The notes beneath the pieces were generated by a model. The model saw only the letters and a list, made by a program, of their open reading frames with translations. It was not told where the DNA came from and ran no database searches. The translations under genes were made by a program, and so were the position numbers. This document shows positions 10,051-26,400 of a stretch of DNA of 64,000 nucleotides, piece after piece (position 1 is the first letter of the stretch; the number at the start of each line of letters is the position of its first letter). Source of the DNA: an uncultured Haloferula sp. (lineage in GTDB: Bacteria > Verrucomicrobiota > Verrucomicrobiia > Verrucomicrobiales > Akkermansiaceae); the NCBI GenBank assembly GCA_965652295.1, contig CBFGTS010000001.1:480001-544000 (forward strand), written 5' to 3'.

Positions 10051-12564
10051 ATGAAAAAGCCCACCTTGTTTTCTTCCTGGGTCCGCCTCGGAGGAGCCGC
10101 CCTTTCCTTTGCCGGGCTGGCCCTTCCTGCGCAAGCGCTGGACATTCTGGTTTCCGGAACCAACCAGGCCAATGATCAACCGATCATCGATTTTTTCCTC
10201 AATAATTTCGAGGACGTCACGGTCACCTACGCGAACTATAGTGACTATCCGGCCAACGCCGCGGTGATTGAAGCGGCGGATATCTTCGTCGTGGGTCGGA
10301 GCTTGAACAGCACCCACTACTCCAATGCCGCGAACTCCGCGTCGTTCAACGCTCTCACCATTCCGGTGGTGTGCTTCACCAGCTATGTGGCGCGTCCTGA
10401 CGTCAACCGCTGGGGGTGGCACAGCGGGGCGATTTCGACAACTGGGGCCTCGGTGGCGGGAAGTGAGACGACGGTGACCGCGGAGGGTGCTGCCGCCTTC
10501 GGTGTTGCCGCCGGCGCCGTCGATTGGTTTTCAATGCCCGCAGGCGATAATTTCTATGCGCTCGGCACCGGTTCGGTGGGGGAGGGGGTGATCCTTGCGA
10601 CGATGGCGGGTAACATTCTTGCCGCTCACTGGGATGCAGGCGAGCAGTCGGGAACCGGAACCGTTTTCGGCGGCACGCGCCTGCTGTTCAATCTGCCGCA
10701 AAACGGAGCAGCCACGGTCATGCCCGATGTGACTGGTTTGCAGGCGCTCGCCGAGGCTCTGACCACTTTTACGGACCTCGTGGCGCTTCCGGATGACAGT
10801 GACAACGACGGGCTGCCGGACATCTTCGAAAATCAAATCATCAATTTCTCCGAGTTCGATGATGTGACCGATCTCTCTCTCGTCGCCGGGCCCAACGATG
10901 CTCCGACGACCACCGATTTTGACTTCGATGGTCTGAGTGACGCCGACGAATATGCTCATGGCACGGATCCCACCAATCCCGACAGCGACGCGGATGGCCT
11001 GTGGGACGGTCCGGAAGTGGCGGGAACCGATAACTCCGATAATTCTCACGGCTTTGGTGCCACCGATCCGAACGATCCCGACAGCGACGACGATGGTTTG
11101 GATGACTTTCCTGAAATCGATGGCTCGGACAATGATTTCGTGCTGCACGGCTTCGGTGCAACCAATCCCAACTCGCCGTTCAGCGATGGCGACAGCTTGC
11201 CCGACGGCTGGGAGGTGCAGTATGGCTTCAACCCGAACAGCGACGCAGGCGGGGACGGGGATTCGGCCGATCCGGACAGCGATGGTCTGGACAATGCCGG
11301 GGAGTACGCCAACGGCACCGATCCCACCAATCCGGACAGCGATGGCGACGCCGTGAGAGATGGTCCGGAGGTGGCGGGAACCGACAACAACGGCACCGAC
11401 TTTGGTTTCGGTCCGACCAATCCCACTGCGGCCGATAGCGACGGTGACGGCTTCAGCGATTGGTTCGAGCTGCGTGCTGGAAGCAATCCCAACGACGTTT
11501 CCGCGCTGCCAGCTGGAACCGCCGTGCCGTTCGTGAACGGAAGCTTTGAAGCGCCATCGGTGGCGGTCTCATCGGTGGGAATTCCGGTTTCGGGTGGCAA
11601 CGTTCCGGGGTGGAGCACCGCCGTGAACGATTTTTACGTGATCGATACGGACCCGGCGCAGACGGCCGCCAGCGCGAGCGAGGGTCTGCAATTTGCCAGT
11701 GCCAGTCGACTGGCACCTGATCCGGACGTCGATCCAGCCACCTTCGATGGCGGGGAGGGTGCGACGATGAGCATGCGCCAGGATATCGACGTTTCCTCCC
11801 TATCGACGGACATCGACGCAGGTGATCGCAGCCTGTTGATGATGTTCGAGTGGAACGACAATGATGCAGGTGACGAGGGGGTGGTGACGCTGAACTTCCT
11901 GGATGGCTCCAATGCCGACCTTGGAAAGCAGACGGCGTTCCGGACCGGCGGCGTGGGAGGCCAACACACGTGGCACACCGCCACCTTGGCCGGCTATCCG
12001 CCGGTCGGCACGCGGACGGTCCGGGTGACTGTTGACGCCGTGCGGCTCGCTGCGGGGACCGTTCGCAACATCGCGTTCGATAATTTCCGGGCGCAGATGT
12101 TCCACTTGGACGCCGACTCCGACGACATGGCGGACGACTGGGAACTGGCCCACGGCCTGAATCCGGATGACCCCTCTGACGCGGGAACGAGCGCGGACGG
12201 CGATACGCTGACGAATCTTCAGGAGTTCCAGTACGGGACGGATCCGAACGTGGAGGATACCGATGGCGACGGGATCAACGATGACGAGGAGGTGACGAAT
12301 GGAACCGATCCGCTCGATCCGGCAGACCCTGCGACCGAAGCCCCGAGGGTGGTCTCGGCAGTGTTCGTCGATGGCGAATTTCAGGTCACCTTCGAGGGAC
12401 TGAGTACTGCGACGACTTACACCCTTCAGCGAGGCACCGACCTTCAAACCTTCCCCGATGCAGTGGACACCCACACACCGGCTACCGAGACGGACACGTT
12501 CGTCGATCCGGCACCGCCCACTGGGCCGAATGCCCGGGCTTTCTACCTCCTGGACGAGCCGTAA
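10051..12564 (+). CDS. Secreted protein: N-domain paralogous to the upstream PEP-CTERM protein, Ca-binding DxDxDG (TSP3-like) repeats, putative sugar-binding beta-sandwich, C-terminal sorting-like domain
   Basis: Signal peptide AGLALPAQA; many GTDPTNPDSDGDG-type repeats; NGSFEAP...MRQDIDV...PVGTRTVRV module; ends YTLQRGTDL...AFYL. Confidence 0.85.
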   Translation: MKKPTLFSSWVRLGGAALSFAGLALPAQALDILVSGTNQANDQPIIDFFLNNFEDVTVTYANYSDYPANAAVIEAADIFVVGRSLNSTHYSNAANSASFNALTIPVVCFTSYVARPDVNRWGWHSGAISTTGASVAGSETTVTAEGAAAFGVAAGAVDWFSMPAGDNFYALGTGSVGEGVILATMAGNILAAHWDAGEQSGTGTVFGGTRLLFNLPQNGAATVMPDVTGLQALAEALTTFTDLVALPDDSDNDGLPDIFENQIINFSEFDDVTDLSLVAGPNDAPTTTDFDFDGLSDADEYAHGTDPTNPDSDADGLWDGPEVAGTDNSDNSHGFGATDPNDPDSDDDGLDDFPEIDGSDNDFVLHGFGATNPNSPFSDGDSLPDGWEVQYGFNPNSDAGGDGDSADPDSDGLDNAGEYANGTDPTNPDSDGDAVRDGPEVAGTDNNGTDFGFGPTNPTAADSDGDGFSDWFELRAGSNPNDVSALPAGTAVPFVNGSFEAPSVAVSSVGIPVSGGNVPGWSTAVNDFYVIDTDPAQTAASASEGLQFASASRLAPDPDVDPATFDGGEGATMSMRQDIDVSSLSTDIDAGDRSLLMMFEWNDNDAGDEGVVTLNFLDGSNADLGKQTAFRTGGVGGQHTWHTATLAGYPPVGTRTVRVTVDAVRLAAGTVRNIAFDNFRAQMFHLDADSDDMADDWELAHGLNPDDPSDAGTSADGDTLTNLQEFQYGTDPNVEDTDGDGINDDEEVTNGTDPLDPADPATEAPRVVSAVFVDGEFQVTFEGLSTATTYTLQRGTDLQTFPDAVDTHTPATETDTFVDPAPPTGPNARAFYLLDEP

Positions 12565-12679
12565 GCCCGCGTGATGATTCCGGGCGGGGAGAGGGGTCTC
12601 TTCGCCCGTTGCTGGCCGCGTTCCGTGGTTAATGGGTTTTTCCACGGAACGCGGCCTTATCTCTCTCGGGGAGTGGTCT

Positions 12680-13858
12680 TCAGGGGTTGGCGCGCAGCCC
12701 AAGAAGCAGGCCCCGCAGCTCGGCGAGGCCTTTCATGCGGCCAATGCACGGATAGCCGGGAGTGATGCCTTCGGGCTTCCCGAGATCATCCATGATGACC
12801 AGCCCATGGTCGGGGCGGAAGGGCACCGGCTCGTCGGACGAACGCGCCGAAATGAAGGCACGCAAGACGGCGACCATGTCGCTCGATCCCGCGAGGTGGC
12901 TCGCCTCGTGAAAGGAACCGTCCGCTTCGAGCCGGGTGTTGCGGAGGTGCATGGCATGGATGCGGTCGGCGAAACGGCCGGCCATGGCGGGAAGGTCGTT
13001 GTCGGCGCGGGCACCGAAGGAACCCGTGCAGAAGCAGAGCCCGTTGGCGGGGCTGTCGGCCATCGCAAGGATGGCGGCGGCATCGTCTCCGGTGGAAACG
13101 ATCCGGGGCAGGCCGAGAATGGAAAAGGGGGGATCGTCCGGGTGGATCGCCAACTTCATCCCAAGGCGCTCGGCGGTGGGAATGATCGCCTCAAGGAAAC
13201 GAGCGAGGTTTCCGCGGAGTTCGGGTGCTCCGATCCCGTGGTAGCGGGCCAGCATGGCGCGGATGTCATTGAGCGAGAGGTTCCACTTCACACCGGGGAA
13301 GACATCGATGATCGAGCGGATGAAACGCGCGCGTGCGTCATCGTCGAGACCGCCCCACCACGCCGCGGCTTTTTCGCGGACCTCGGATGGATGATCCTGT
13401 TCCGCCCCGTTGCGCTGGAGGGCGTGGAGGTCGAAGGCGGCAAAATGGACGGGGTCGTAGCGCATCGATCGCGAGCCGTCGGGGAGTTCCCAGCTCATGT
13501 CGGTGCGGACCCAGTCGAGGACCGGCATGAAGTTGTAGACGACGGTGCGGATTCCCTCGGCGGCGAGGTTTTCGAGACTGACGAGGTAGTGGTCGAAGAG
13601 TTGCTTGAGGTCGCCGCGCCCGGTCTTGATGTCCTCGTGGACCGGGACGGACTCGACGACCTTCCAACTCAGGCCCGCCTGCTCCAGGATTTCGCGGCGT
13701 TCGCGGATCGCTTCGCGGGGCCATGCTTCGCCGTAGGGGATGTCATGGAGGGAGGTGAAGATCGCACTGGCTCCGGCCTGGCGGATGAATGCGAGCGGCA
13801 CGGAATCATCCGGCCCGAACCAGCGGAAACCTTCGTCGAATGAGGGAGGCGGTGACAT
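12680..13858 (-). CDS. uxuA: Mannonate dehydratase
   Basis: FRWFGPDD, VVESVPVHEDIK, YNFMPVLDW, IHPDDPP and RPDHG. Confidence 0.95.
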   Translation of the reverse strand: MSPPPSFDEGFRWFGPDDSVPLAFIRQAGASAIFTSLHDIPYGEAWPREAIRERREILEQAGLSWKVVESVPVHEDIKTGRGDLKQLFDHYLVSLENLAAEGIRTVVYNFMPVLDWVRTDMSWELPDGSRSMRYDPVHFAAFDLHALQRNGAEQDHPSEVREKAAAWWGGLDDDARARFIRSIIDVFPGVKWNLSLNDIRAMLARYHGIGAPELRGNLARFLEAIIPTAERLGMKLAIHPDDPPFSILGLPRIVSTGDDAAAILAMADSPANGLCFCTGSFGARADNDLPAMAGRFADRIHAMHLRNTRLEADGSFHEASHLAGSSDMVAVLRAFISARSSDEPVPFRPDHGLVIMDDLGKPEGITPGYPCIGRMKGLAELRGLLLGLRANP

Positions 13859-13870
13859 GGCAGGAAGGGG

Positions 13871-14695
13871 TCAGACGCCGGAGAAGGCGACGAATCCGCC
13901 GTCCACGGTGAGGACGGTGCCGGTGACGAAGGAGGCGGCGTCGGACAGCAGGTAATGAACCGCGCCGTGGAGTTCCCCGGCTTCGCCGAAACGACCGAAG
14001 GGGGTGCGGTCGATGATGGTGGCGCCACGCTCGGTGAGAGAACCATCGTCATTGAGCAGCAACTTCCGGTTTTGTTCGGCGAGAAAGAAGCCCGGCATGA
14101 GGGCGTTCACCCTGACCTTGTGGCCGTTCTTTCCCGCCATGTGGACGGCCAGCCAGCGGGTGAAATTCTCGACCCCGGCCTTGGCGGCGGAGTAGCCGAC
14201 CACGCGGGTGACGGCCAGCGGCGCGGAGACGGACGAGTAGTTGATGATCGAGCCCGCGCCGCCCTCGCCCATCGCTGAGCTGAACACAAGGGAGGGGAGG
14301 ACCGTGCCATGGAGGTTGAGATCCACCACCTGCCGGTAGCTGTCGAAGTCGAGTTCATCGAAGGCCTTGTCCGGCATCACGTTGGCGCCGGGCATGTTGC
14401 CGCCCGCGCCGTTGAGCAAGCCATCGATCCGGCCCCATTTCGCGATCACCTGATCGCGCGCCGCCTCCAGCGAACCGCGGTCGAGGACGTCCGCCACCAC
14501 ACCGAGACACTCGGCGGAGGGATGAAGCGACCGACACTGCTGGCAAGCCTCATCCACTTTCCCGCGGCTACGCCCGACGAAGGCGATTCGGGCACCTTGG
14601 CTGGCGAGATAGCGCGCGGCCGAGCCGGCCAGCACGCCTGTGGCACCGGTCACGATGATGACCCGGTCTTGGAGATCGAAGAGATGAGTGGGCAT
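13871..14695 (-). CDS. uxuB: SDR-family D-mannonate oxidoreductase (UxuB-like)
   Basis: TGATGVL, NGAGGN, YSAAK and VRVNALMPGFF; directly upstream of uxuA. Confidence 0.8.
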   Translation of the reverse strand: MPTHLFDLQDRVIIVTGATGVLAGSAARYLASQGARIAFVGRSRGKVDEACQQCRSLHPSAECLGVVADVLDRGSLEAARDQVIAKWGRIDGLLNGAGGNMPGANVMPDKAFDELDFDSYRQVVDLNLHGTVLPSLVFSSAMGEGGAGSIINYSSVSAPLAVTRVVGYSAAKAGVENFTRWLAVHMAGKNGHKVRVNALMPGFFLAEQNRKLLLNDDGSLTERGATIIDRTPFGRFGEAGELHGAVHYLLSDAASFVTGTVLTVDGGFVAFSGV

Positions 14696-14836
14696 GGTGA
14701 TGAGGAAAGGCGGACATCGGGATGAGGTGTCCCGCCCCAAAACCTAACGATCCGGATGGTGGAGACAATCCATGGAGTGCGCAGCCATCGTTCGTTTTTG
14801 CGAAGCGCCTCCGCGACCTCGGGAGGGCGGGGCTCG

Positions 14837-16027
14837 TCATGCTTTCGGTGCGAGGGGGGCGTCGGCGACGCGGTAGTGGCTCGGCGGCTGTCCCACCCGG
14901 GCTTGGAATGCTGCCACAAACGAAGGATAGCTGCTGAATCCGCATTCGGTGGCAATCTGGCGGAGGTTCTGTTTGATGGGACGGCGGAGGATCTTCTTGG
15001 CCTGATCGATCCGTGCCTCCGTGAGGTACTGATGGGGCGATTTTCCCATGCATGCCTTGAAGCGTACTTCGAGGGTCCGTTTGGAGACGCCCGTGTGCCG
15101 CGCGACGGCTTCGATCTTGGGGCTGTCTTTGAGGTTGCGGAGCATGAAGGCGACCGCCAGCTGGATGAGTTCATCCGGATGGTGGAAAAGGTCGGTGCTC
15201 TGGCGCTCGGTGATCCCTTCGGGGGGCACGAGAATCTCGGACGTGCTGACATCCTCGCCATGCACCATCCGATCGATCAGCGCCGCGGCCTCCCAGCCGA
15301 TGCCGCCGGAGTCCCGGCATACGCTGGTGAGGGTGGGATTGCTGTGTTCGCAGACGAGGGCGTCGTCATCCATGCCGATGACCGCGATGTCTTTCGGCAC
15401 GCGCAGGCTCAGGTGGGCGCAGGCTTCCATGACGAGTTCGGCGCGGTAGTCGTGGACGGCGAAAATGGCACAGGGCGTGGGGAGGGATTTCAGCCAATCT
15501 CCGAGTCCCTTCAGGTCATCCACCAATCGCGGGTGGCGTTTGCCCTCCGGATCGTCGAGTCGGACGTGGACCTTGAAGCCTTCCTCACGGATTCTCGAAG
15601 AGAAGCCGGCCTGCCGCTCCTTCGAGTAGTGGACCGTTTCCCAACCCACGTAGCCGAAATGCCGGAATCCACGCTCAAGCAGGTATTCGGCGGCGAGCCG
15701 GCCGGAAAGCCGGTTGTCGACTCCGACGCGGGGGATGCCATGAAGCCGGGCCTCCCAGGTCGAAAGGTTGACCACGGGAAAACCGAGTTGATGGGCCATT
15801 TCCCGATCGGCTTTGCTCCGGATCGCGGCGATCGCTCCGTCGCCCGTCCAGCCGATGAGGGAGCTCAGTGTCCGTGGTCGCTCACCGGAGGTCGCCAGAG
15901 AAGGCGGGCAGGTCAGGAGTTGCCAACCGCCGAATTGCAGGCCGTAGCGCCGCACCCCATCCACCACCTGCGCCATCCATGGCAAGGAGGTGGGAGAGAC
16001 GAAGGCGATCTTGAGAGGCCGGTGCAT
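14837..16027 (-). CDS. XylR-type regulator (periplasmic-binding-fold sensor plus C-terminal AraC HTH)
   Basis: VGVDN..GRLAAEYL, VPKDIAVIGMDD, and C-terminal SKRTLEVRF...IATECGF. Confidence 0.88.
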   Translation of the reverse strand: MHRPLKIAFVSPTSLPWMAQVVDGVRRYGLQFGGWQLLTCPPSLATSGERPRTLSSLIGWTGDGAIAAIRSKADREMAHQLGFPVVNLSTWEARLHGIPRVGVDNRLSGRLAAEYLLERGFRHFGYVGWETVHYSKERQAGFSSRIREEGFKVHVRLDDPEGKRHPRLVDDLKGLGDWLKSLPTPCAIFAVHDYRAELVMEACAHLSLRVPKDIAVIGMDDDALVCEHSNPTLTSVCRDSGGIGWEAAALIDRMVHGEDVSTSEILVPPEGITERQSTDLFHHPDELIQLAVAFMLRNLKDSPKIEAVARHTGVSKRTLEVRFKACMGKSPHQYLTEARIDQAKKILRRPIKQNLRQIATECGFSSYPSFVAAFQARVGQPPSHYRVADAPLAPKA

Positions 16028-16115
16028 GAAGGACACGTTGGCTCATCCTGCCCGACCTGGCCATCTTGGAACGTGAATCCCCGGCGCGGCGAGCCTCTCC
16101 CGGGCGTCCATCGGT

Positions 16116-16841
16116 TCAGGGCGTGCGGATGGGTTGCACGGTTTCGGCGGTGAAACGAACGGCGGTCTGGTAGCCGGAGCCTTGCCGTGCGGTGCCGAGG
16201 AGGGCACTGCCGCCGTGTTTGAGGTGCCAGAGGTGGGTTCCGAGGAATCCTCCATCCGGGAGATCGGACAGGCGGGGATACGGCGTGTTCTGGACCGGCT
16301 TGCCGTGAAGCTGGCTGAGGAGGGTGATGAGTTCCTGCCAGGTGCTTTTCAGCTTCACGGGATAGGCGTCGTCGCCGCAGGCCTCGGTTTGCAGGATCAC
16401 CTCGCTGAGCTTGTCAGCTGGTCCCCAGGTGAAAAACAGGAGGCAGTGCAGATCGCCGATCTTCTGGCGGGTGCGGAAGCTGCCATTGAGGCCGAGGCGA
16501 CCGAGAAAGGTGGGATCGACCACCGGCTCCACCACGCTGCTTTCCAGAAGCTTGGCCTCGACCTGCTTGCGATCTTCCCCGAAGCGCAGGGTGTCGAACA
16601 CGGCATCGTCCGGTGGTGGTGGCGGAGCGTCCTTCTCCGTCAGCCAAGCGATGTCGTCTTCGTGAAGTTTGGCGCGGGAGAGGGTGAATTCCTTTCCGTC
16701 GGCGCGGCGGATCGTGACGTCCTGAGGCGTATGGGAAAGGTACTCGCCCTCGAAGGAGGCGCTGGCGTCGGCGTTCTTCCACGTCCGGGCTTGGGCGGAA
16801 GAACACAGGGTGGCAAGGAACAAGATCAGGGCGGGTCTCAT
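16116..16841 (-). CDS. Secreted SHD1-domain protein
   Basis: Signal peptide followed by ARTWKNADAS.SFEGEY...LSRAKLHEDD, an SHD1-like pattern. Confidence 0.7.
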   Translation of the reverse strand: MRPALILFLATLCSSAQARTWKNADASASFEGEYLSHTPQDVTIRRADGKEFTLSRAKLHEDDIAWLTEKDAPPPPPDDAVFDTLRFGEDRKQVEAKLLESSVVEPVVDPTFLGRLGLNGSFRTRQKIGDLHCLLFFTWGPADKLSEVILQTEACGDDAYPVKLKSTWQELITLLSQLHGKPVQNTPYPRLSDLPDGGFLGTHLWHLKHGGSALLGTARQGSGYQTAVRFTAETVQPIRTP

Positions 16842-16935
16842 CGTGGGATCCGTCGGTTAGGCACAAGAGGGAAACGGCGCGGTCGAAGGGGATTGTCTGT
16901 CCGGAAGTGTGAAACCGCAACTTGCTGCGGGACGC

Positions 16936-16969
16936 AAAAAACCCGGCAGTGGGAGCACTGCCGGGTTTT
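16936..16969 (-). terminator. Intrinsic terminator
   Basis: AAAACCCGGCAGTG-GGAG-CACTGCCGGGTTTT; on the minus strand the stem is followed by T6, just downstream of 16993..17424. Confidence 0.85.
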
Positions 16970-16992
16970 GGAAAGAGTGGCTGGACGCCGCT

Positions 16993-17424
16993 TCAGAACT
17001 TCTGGGTGCGGCTGTGGCGGTAGTAGACCTCGAAGCCAAGATCCGGCGGGAATTCGGAGAGGCCGTCGTGGACGTTCATCTCCATCCGGTTGTCGGTGCC
17101 GCAGCGCTCGTAAGGAGGCTTGAAGGTGCCGCGGTAGGTCGGGCAGGTGAAGGTGAAGAGTTCGTAGAAGCCGTAGCCAAGGCGGCGGAGGGCACGATGG
17201 CCACCATCAACCGCGCCGTAGGACCAGCCGGCCTTGCGACCGTAGTTGTCGGTCTTGCGGACGATCTGCTCGGGGATCTCCATGAAGCCGTAGAGGATGT
17301 TGCCCAGAGCACGGCCAAGCTTGCGGGTCGAGGTGTAGGTCGAGCCGGGAGGAGCCTGGATATCGGCGGACGCCATGCCGGTCAGGGCAAGCGCGACGGA
17401 TGCAAGTACAAGGAGTTTTTTCAT
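16993..17424 (-). CDS. Exosortase system-associated protein (TIGR04073-like)
   Basis: Signal peptide followed by RKLGRALGNILYGFMEIP...G..RALRRLGYGFYELFTF, the pattern recognised for this family. Confidence 0.7.
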   Translation of the reverse strand: MKKLLVLASVALALTGMASADIQAPPGSTYTSTRKLGRALGNILYGFMEIPEQIVRKTDNYGRKAGWSYGAVDGGHRALRRLGYGFYELFTFTCPTYRGTFKPPYERCGTDNRMEMNVHDGLSEFPPDLGFEVYYRHSRTQKF

Positions 17425-17477
17425 CTGCTGGAGAAAGTTTTGGACGGCACGCGGGGGGTTGGCAACGGGAAAGTTCG

Positions 17478-23276
<5,799 letters not shown>

Positions 23277-23463
23277 GGGAGGCCGGGCGACATCCGTTTG
23301 GCGACGCGCGGCGATCCTGCCCGACGCCCCCACCGACTGGCAATCCCGCAGAATCGGGTTGCGCAGGAACCTCCGGCCGATGTCATGCGAAGGATCGATT
23401 CTGGACGCGGCGTGGTTCGTATGAATGTTCGGAAGGTCCCCGTATCCTCCTTTTCCATCGCTC

Positions 23464-26400
23464 ATGACACGTCTGCTTGTATCGATTTTCGCTGTGACCA
23501 TCTCCGCCTCAGCCCAGCTGGGGGTGACGGAGATCAATTCCGATGGCACTCCGACGGACTTCTGGGAACTCACCAACTTCGGAGGCACGACGGTGGACCT
23601 GTCGGGCTACAAATGGGATGACGAATCGGCCAACCCCAACGATGCCGCCGCGGTGACGATCCCGAGCGGCACGCTCATCGAGGCCGGCGAATCGATCCTC
23701 TTCTCCGTTTCCTCCTCACCCGCCGTGTTCCGGGCGGCATGGAATCTTCCCGAGACGGTGCAGGTCATCAGTGGTGGTCCGGGCCTGGGGCAGGGCGACC
23801 GGGTTTACTTGTTCAATGCCTCGAACGTCCAGGTCACGAATCTCAACTATGCCGCCGGTGGATTCACCCGGAACACGGGCGCGACTTCCCTTGGCGGGCA
23901 TGCCGGCCTTTCCGCTGGCGGCAGCTCCGGCGCGCAGTCGCTGATCATCGATCCCAACTTCAGCGCGTCCTCCCCGCGTTATACTTTTGCCACGGGCGGA
24001 AACTTCGATAGCTATGCTGCCAACTCCCCCAATACGAGCATCGGCTCCCCGGGTGCGATCGGCGAGGCAGGCACCAATTCCGCTCCCGCCTTCGCCCTGC
24101 CCACCAGCACCTATTGGACCGCCGGCACCGCGCTCACGAACTCCGCCTTCCGTGTCAGCGCGACCGATACCGATGCCGGGCAATCGGTCACCCTCTCCGT
24201 CCTCGACAAGCCCGCATGGCTCACGCTCACCGCCGATGGCACCGCGCGCTACCGCCTGACGGGCACACCCCCGTCCGCAGAGGATTACACCTTCACGGTC
24301 CGCGCGACCGATGACTTCGCGACACCGGCGACCACCGACCAGGTCTTCACCCTCGTCGCCCTGCCTGCCACCTCGCCCATCATCCTCAACGAATACAACA
24401 GCGTTTCTTCCACCGACTATCTCCGCGGAGGCACGGCCAGCGCCGACGCCGATGGCGTTTCCCCCGGACCCACTGATGCCACCTTCGGTCGCGTTCTCGG
24501 AAACGGCGGCCAGTGGGTCGAGTTCGTCGTTGTTGGAAACGGCAGCGCCAACAGCACCACCGACATGCGGGGCTGGACGATCCGGATCCAATCGACCTCC
24601 GGCTCCGCCACCCTCGTGCTCAGCCAGAACCCGTATTGGTCGAACGTCCGTGCCGGAACCATCCTCACCTTCATTCAAAACGACAGCGCCAACGGCGGGC
24701 TCGATACCTCCATCCACCGCACCAGCGCGCTGCACACCGCGGGCGGCGGCTACCTCTGGTCGAATATCTTCGTGGGCGATCCTGTTTACATCTCGCAGAC
24801 CTCGTCCGACCTCGGCGGTGACCTTGGCATCGGCTCCGATGACACCACCTTCACGGTTTTCGATGCCGGGAACACCCGCATCTACGGCCCCGCCGGTGAA
24901 TCGATCGCCGCCTACGACAGCGACTCGAACGGCTCGCTCGATGCTACCTACGGCGTCAGTAGTACGGAAATCCTCCGCGTGGAGGAAAACCCCGCGCCCT
25001 CGGTCAATCCGATCTCCGGTGCCCACAACGACGCCTCCACCTTCTCCACCTTCGGTGCCCGCAACCGATGGGGCGCGGGCGGCGTGAACAGCCAGTCGTT
25101 CGCCGCCTTCGCCACCAGCAACTCGCCGCCGCGCTTCACCTCCACACCGGAGAACACCCAGGTGACGGATTCTTTCAGCTACCCGATCACCACGGCCGAT
25201 CCGAACGGCCACTCGGTCACGGTGGGTGCCGCCGCGCTGCCGTCGTTCCTGACCCTCACGCCGGGCGCTTCCGGCACGGCCACGCTTGCGACCCACCGTG
25301 ACCTGACGCTGGCCGACGCGGGACAGTATCTCATCGAGCTCACCGCCGACGATGGCCAGCCGGTCGCCAACACCACACCGCAGGCGTTCTATCTGAACGT
25401 TTTCCACACCGCGCCTTCGCTCATCCTGAATGAATACAACGCCGTCGGTGCCAGTGAATTCCTGAATGGAGGCGACGCGATCACCGATGACGACGGAGTT
25501 CCTCTTTCGGAGGATGGCTGGTTCGGTCGCGTGATCGGAAACGGCGGCCCGTGGTTCGAACTCGTCGTCACCGGCGACGGCGGTGCCGGGACGGTGGACC
25601 TGCGGGGATGGACGATCGAGATCGGAACCTCCTGGAGCGGCGAGTTCGTCGCTTCCAATACCCTGGTTCTTTCCGCGGACGACGCTTGGTCGGCGGTGCC
25701 AACCGGCACCCTGCTGACCTTCAGCGGATGGAACAGCGCGAATGGCGGCCTCGACACCGGTCTCTCGCTTCGCGACCGGAGCGCCACGCTCGGGGACCGC
25801 TGGACGAACGTCTGGATCGGTGATGCCGCGTTGCTCGTGCAGACCAGCCCGGAAGTGAACGGCTACACCATCAACGGCGGCGTGGTGGAGAATCTCGGCA
25901 TCAACCAGGACAACACCCAGTTCGTCCTGAAGAATCCGCTCGGCCAGCGGGTCTTTGGTCCGGCGGGCGAGGGAATCGCGCCGCTCTCCGGTGTTTCCTC
26001 GACGGAGATCCTCCAGCTGGACGCGAATCCGACCGCCGGGCTTCTTCCTCTTCTCGTGGATGAGAATTCCCCCTACACTGCGACCGCTGCCGCCTCGACC
26101 TTTGGACTGCCGAATGGTGCGCAGGATTTCTCTCCCTATGTCGTGGAACCCACACCGTACGAACTCTGGGCGGAGTCCTTCGAGCTTGAAGGCGACAGTG
26201 CTCTTGCCTCAGCCGATCCTGATGGCGATGACCGCGACAACTTCACGGAGTATGCCTTTGGCGGCGATCCGTCGCAAGCTGATGCCGGTCCCGCCCCGAC
26301 GATGGTTGTGGGAGATGGCACTGCGGAGTGGAAATTCGTTCTGCGCGATGACGATTCGATCCAGCTCGCCCTCCAGCGCTCCACAACCTTGGAGAGCTGG

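Noticed and set aside
10790..11500. Periodic DNA repeats resembling a CRISPR or tandem array
   Set aside because: They are in-frame, degenerate DxDxDG coding repeats; there are no identical repeats with spacers and no cas genes.
23277..23588. 104-aa N-terminal extension of the NRPS in the ORF track
   Set aside because: It would overlap the divergent lamin-tail gene and has no domain features.
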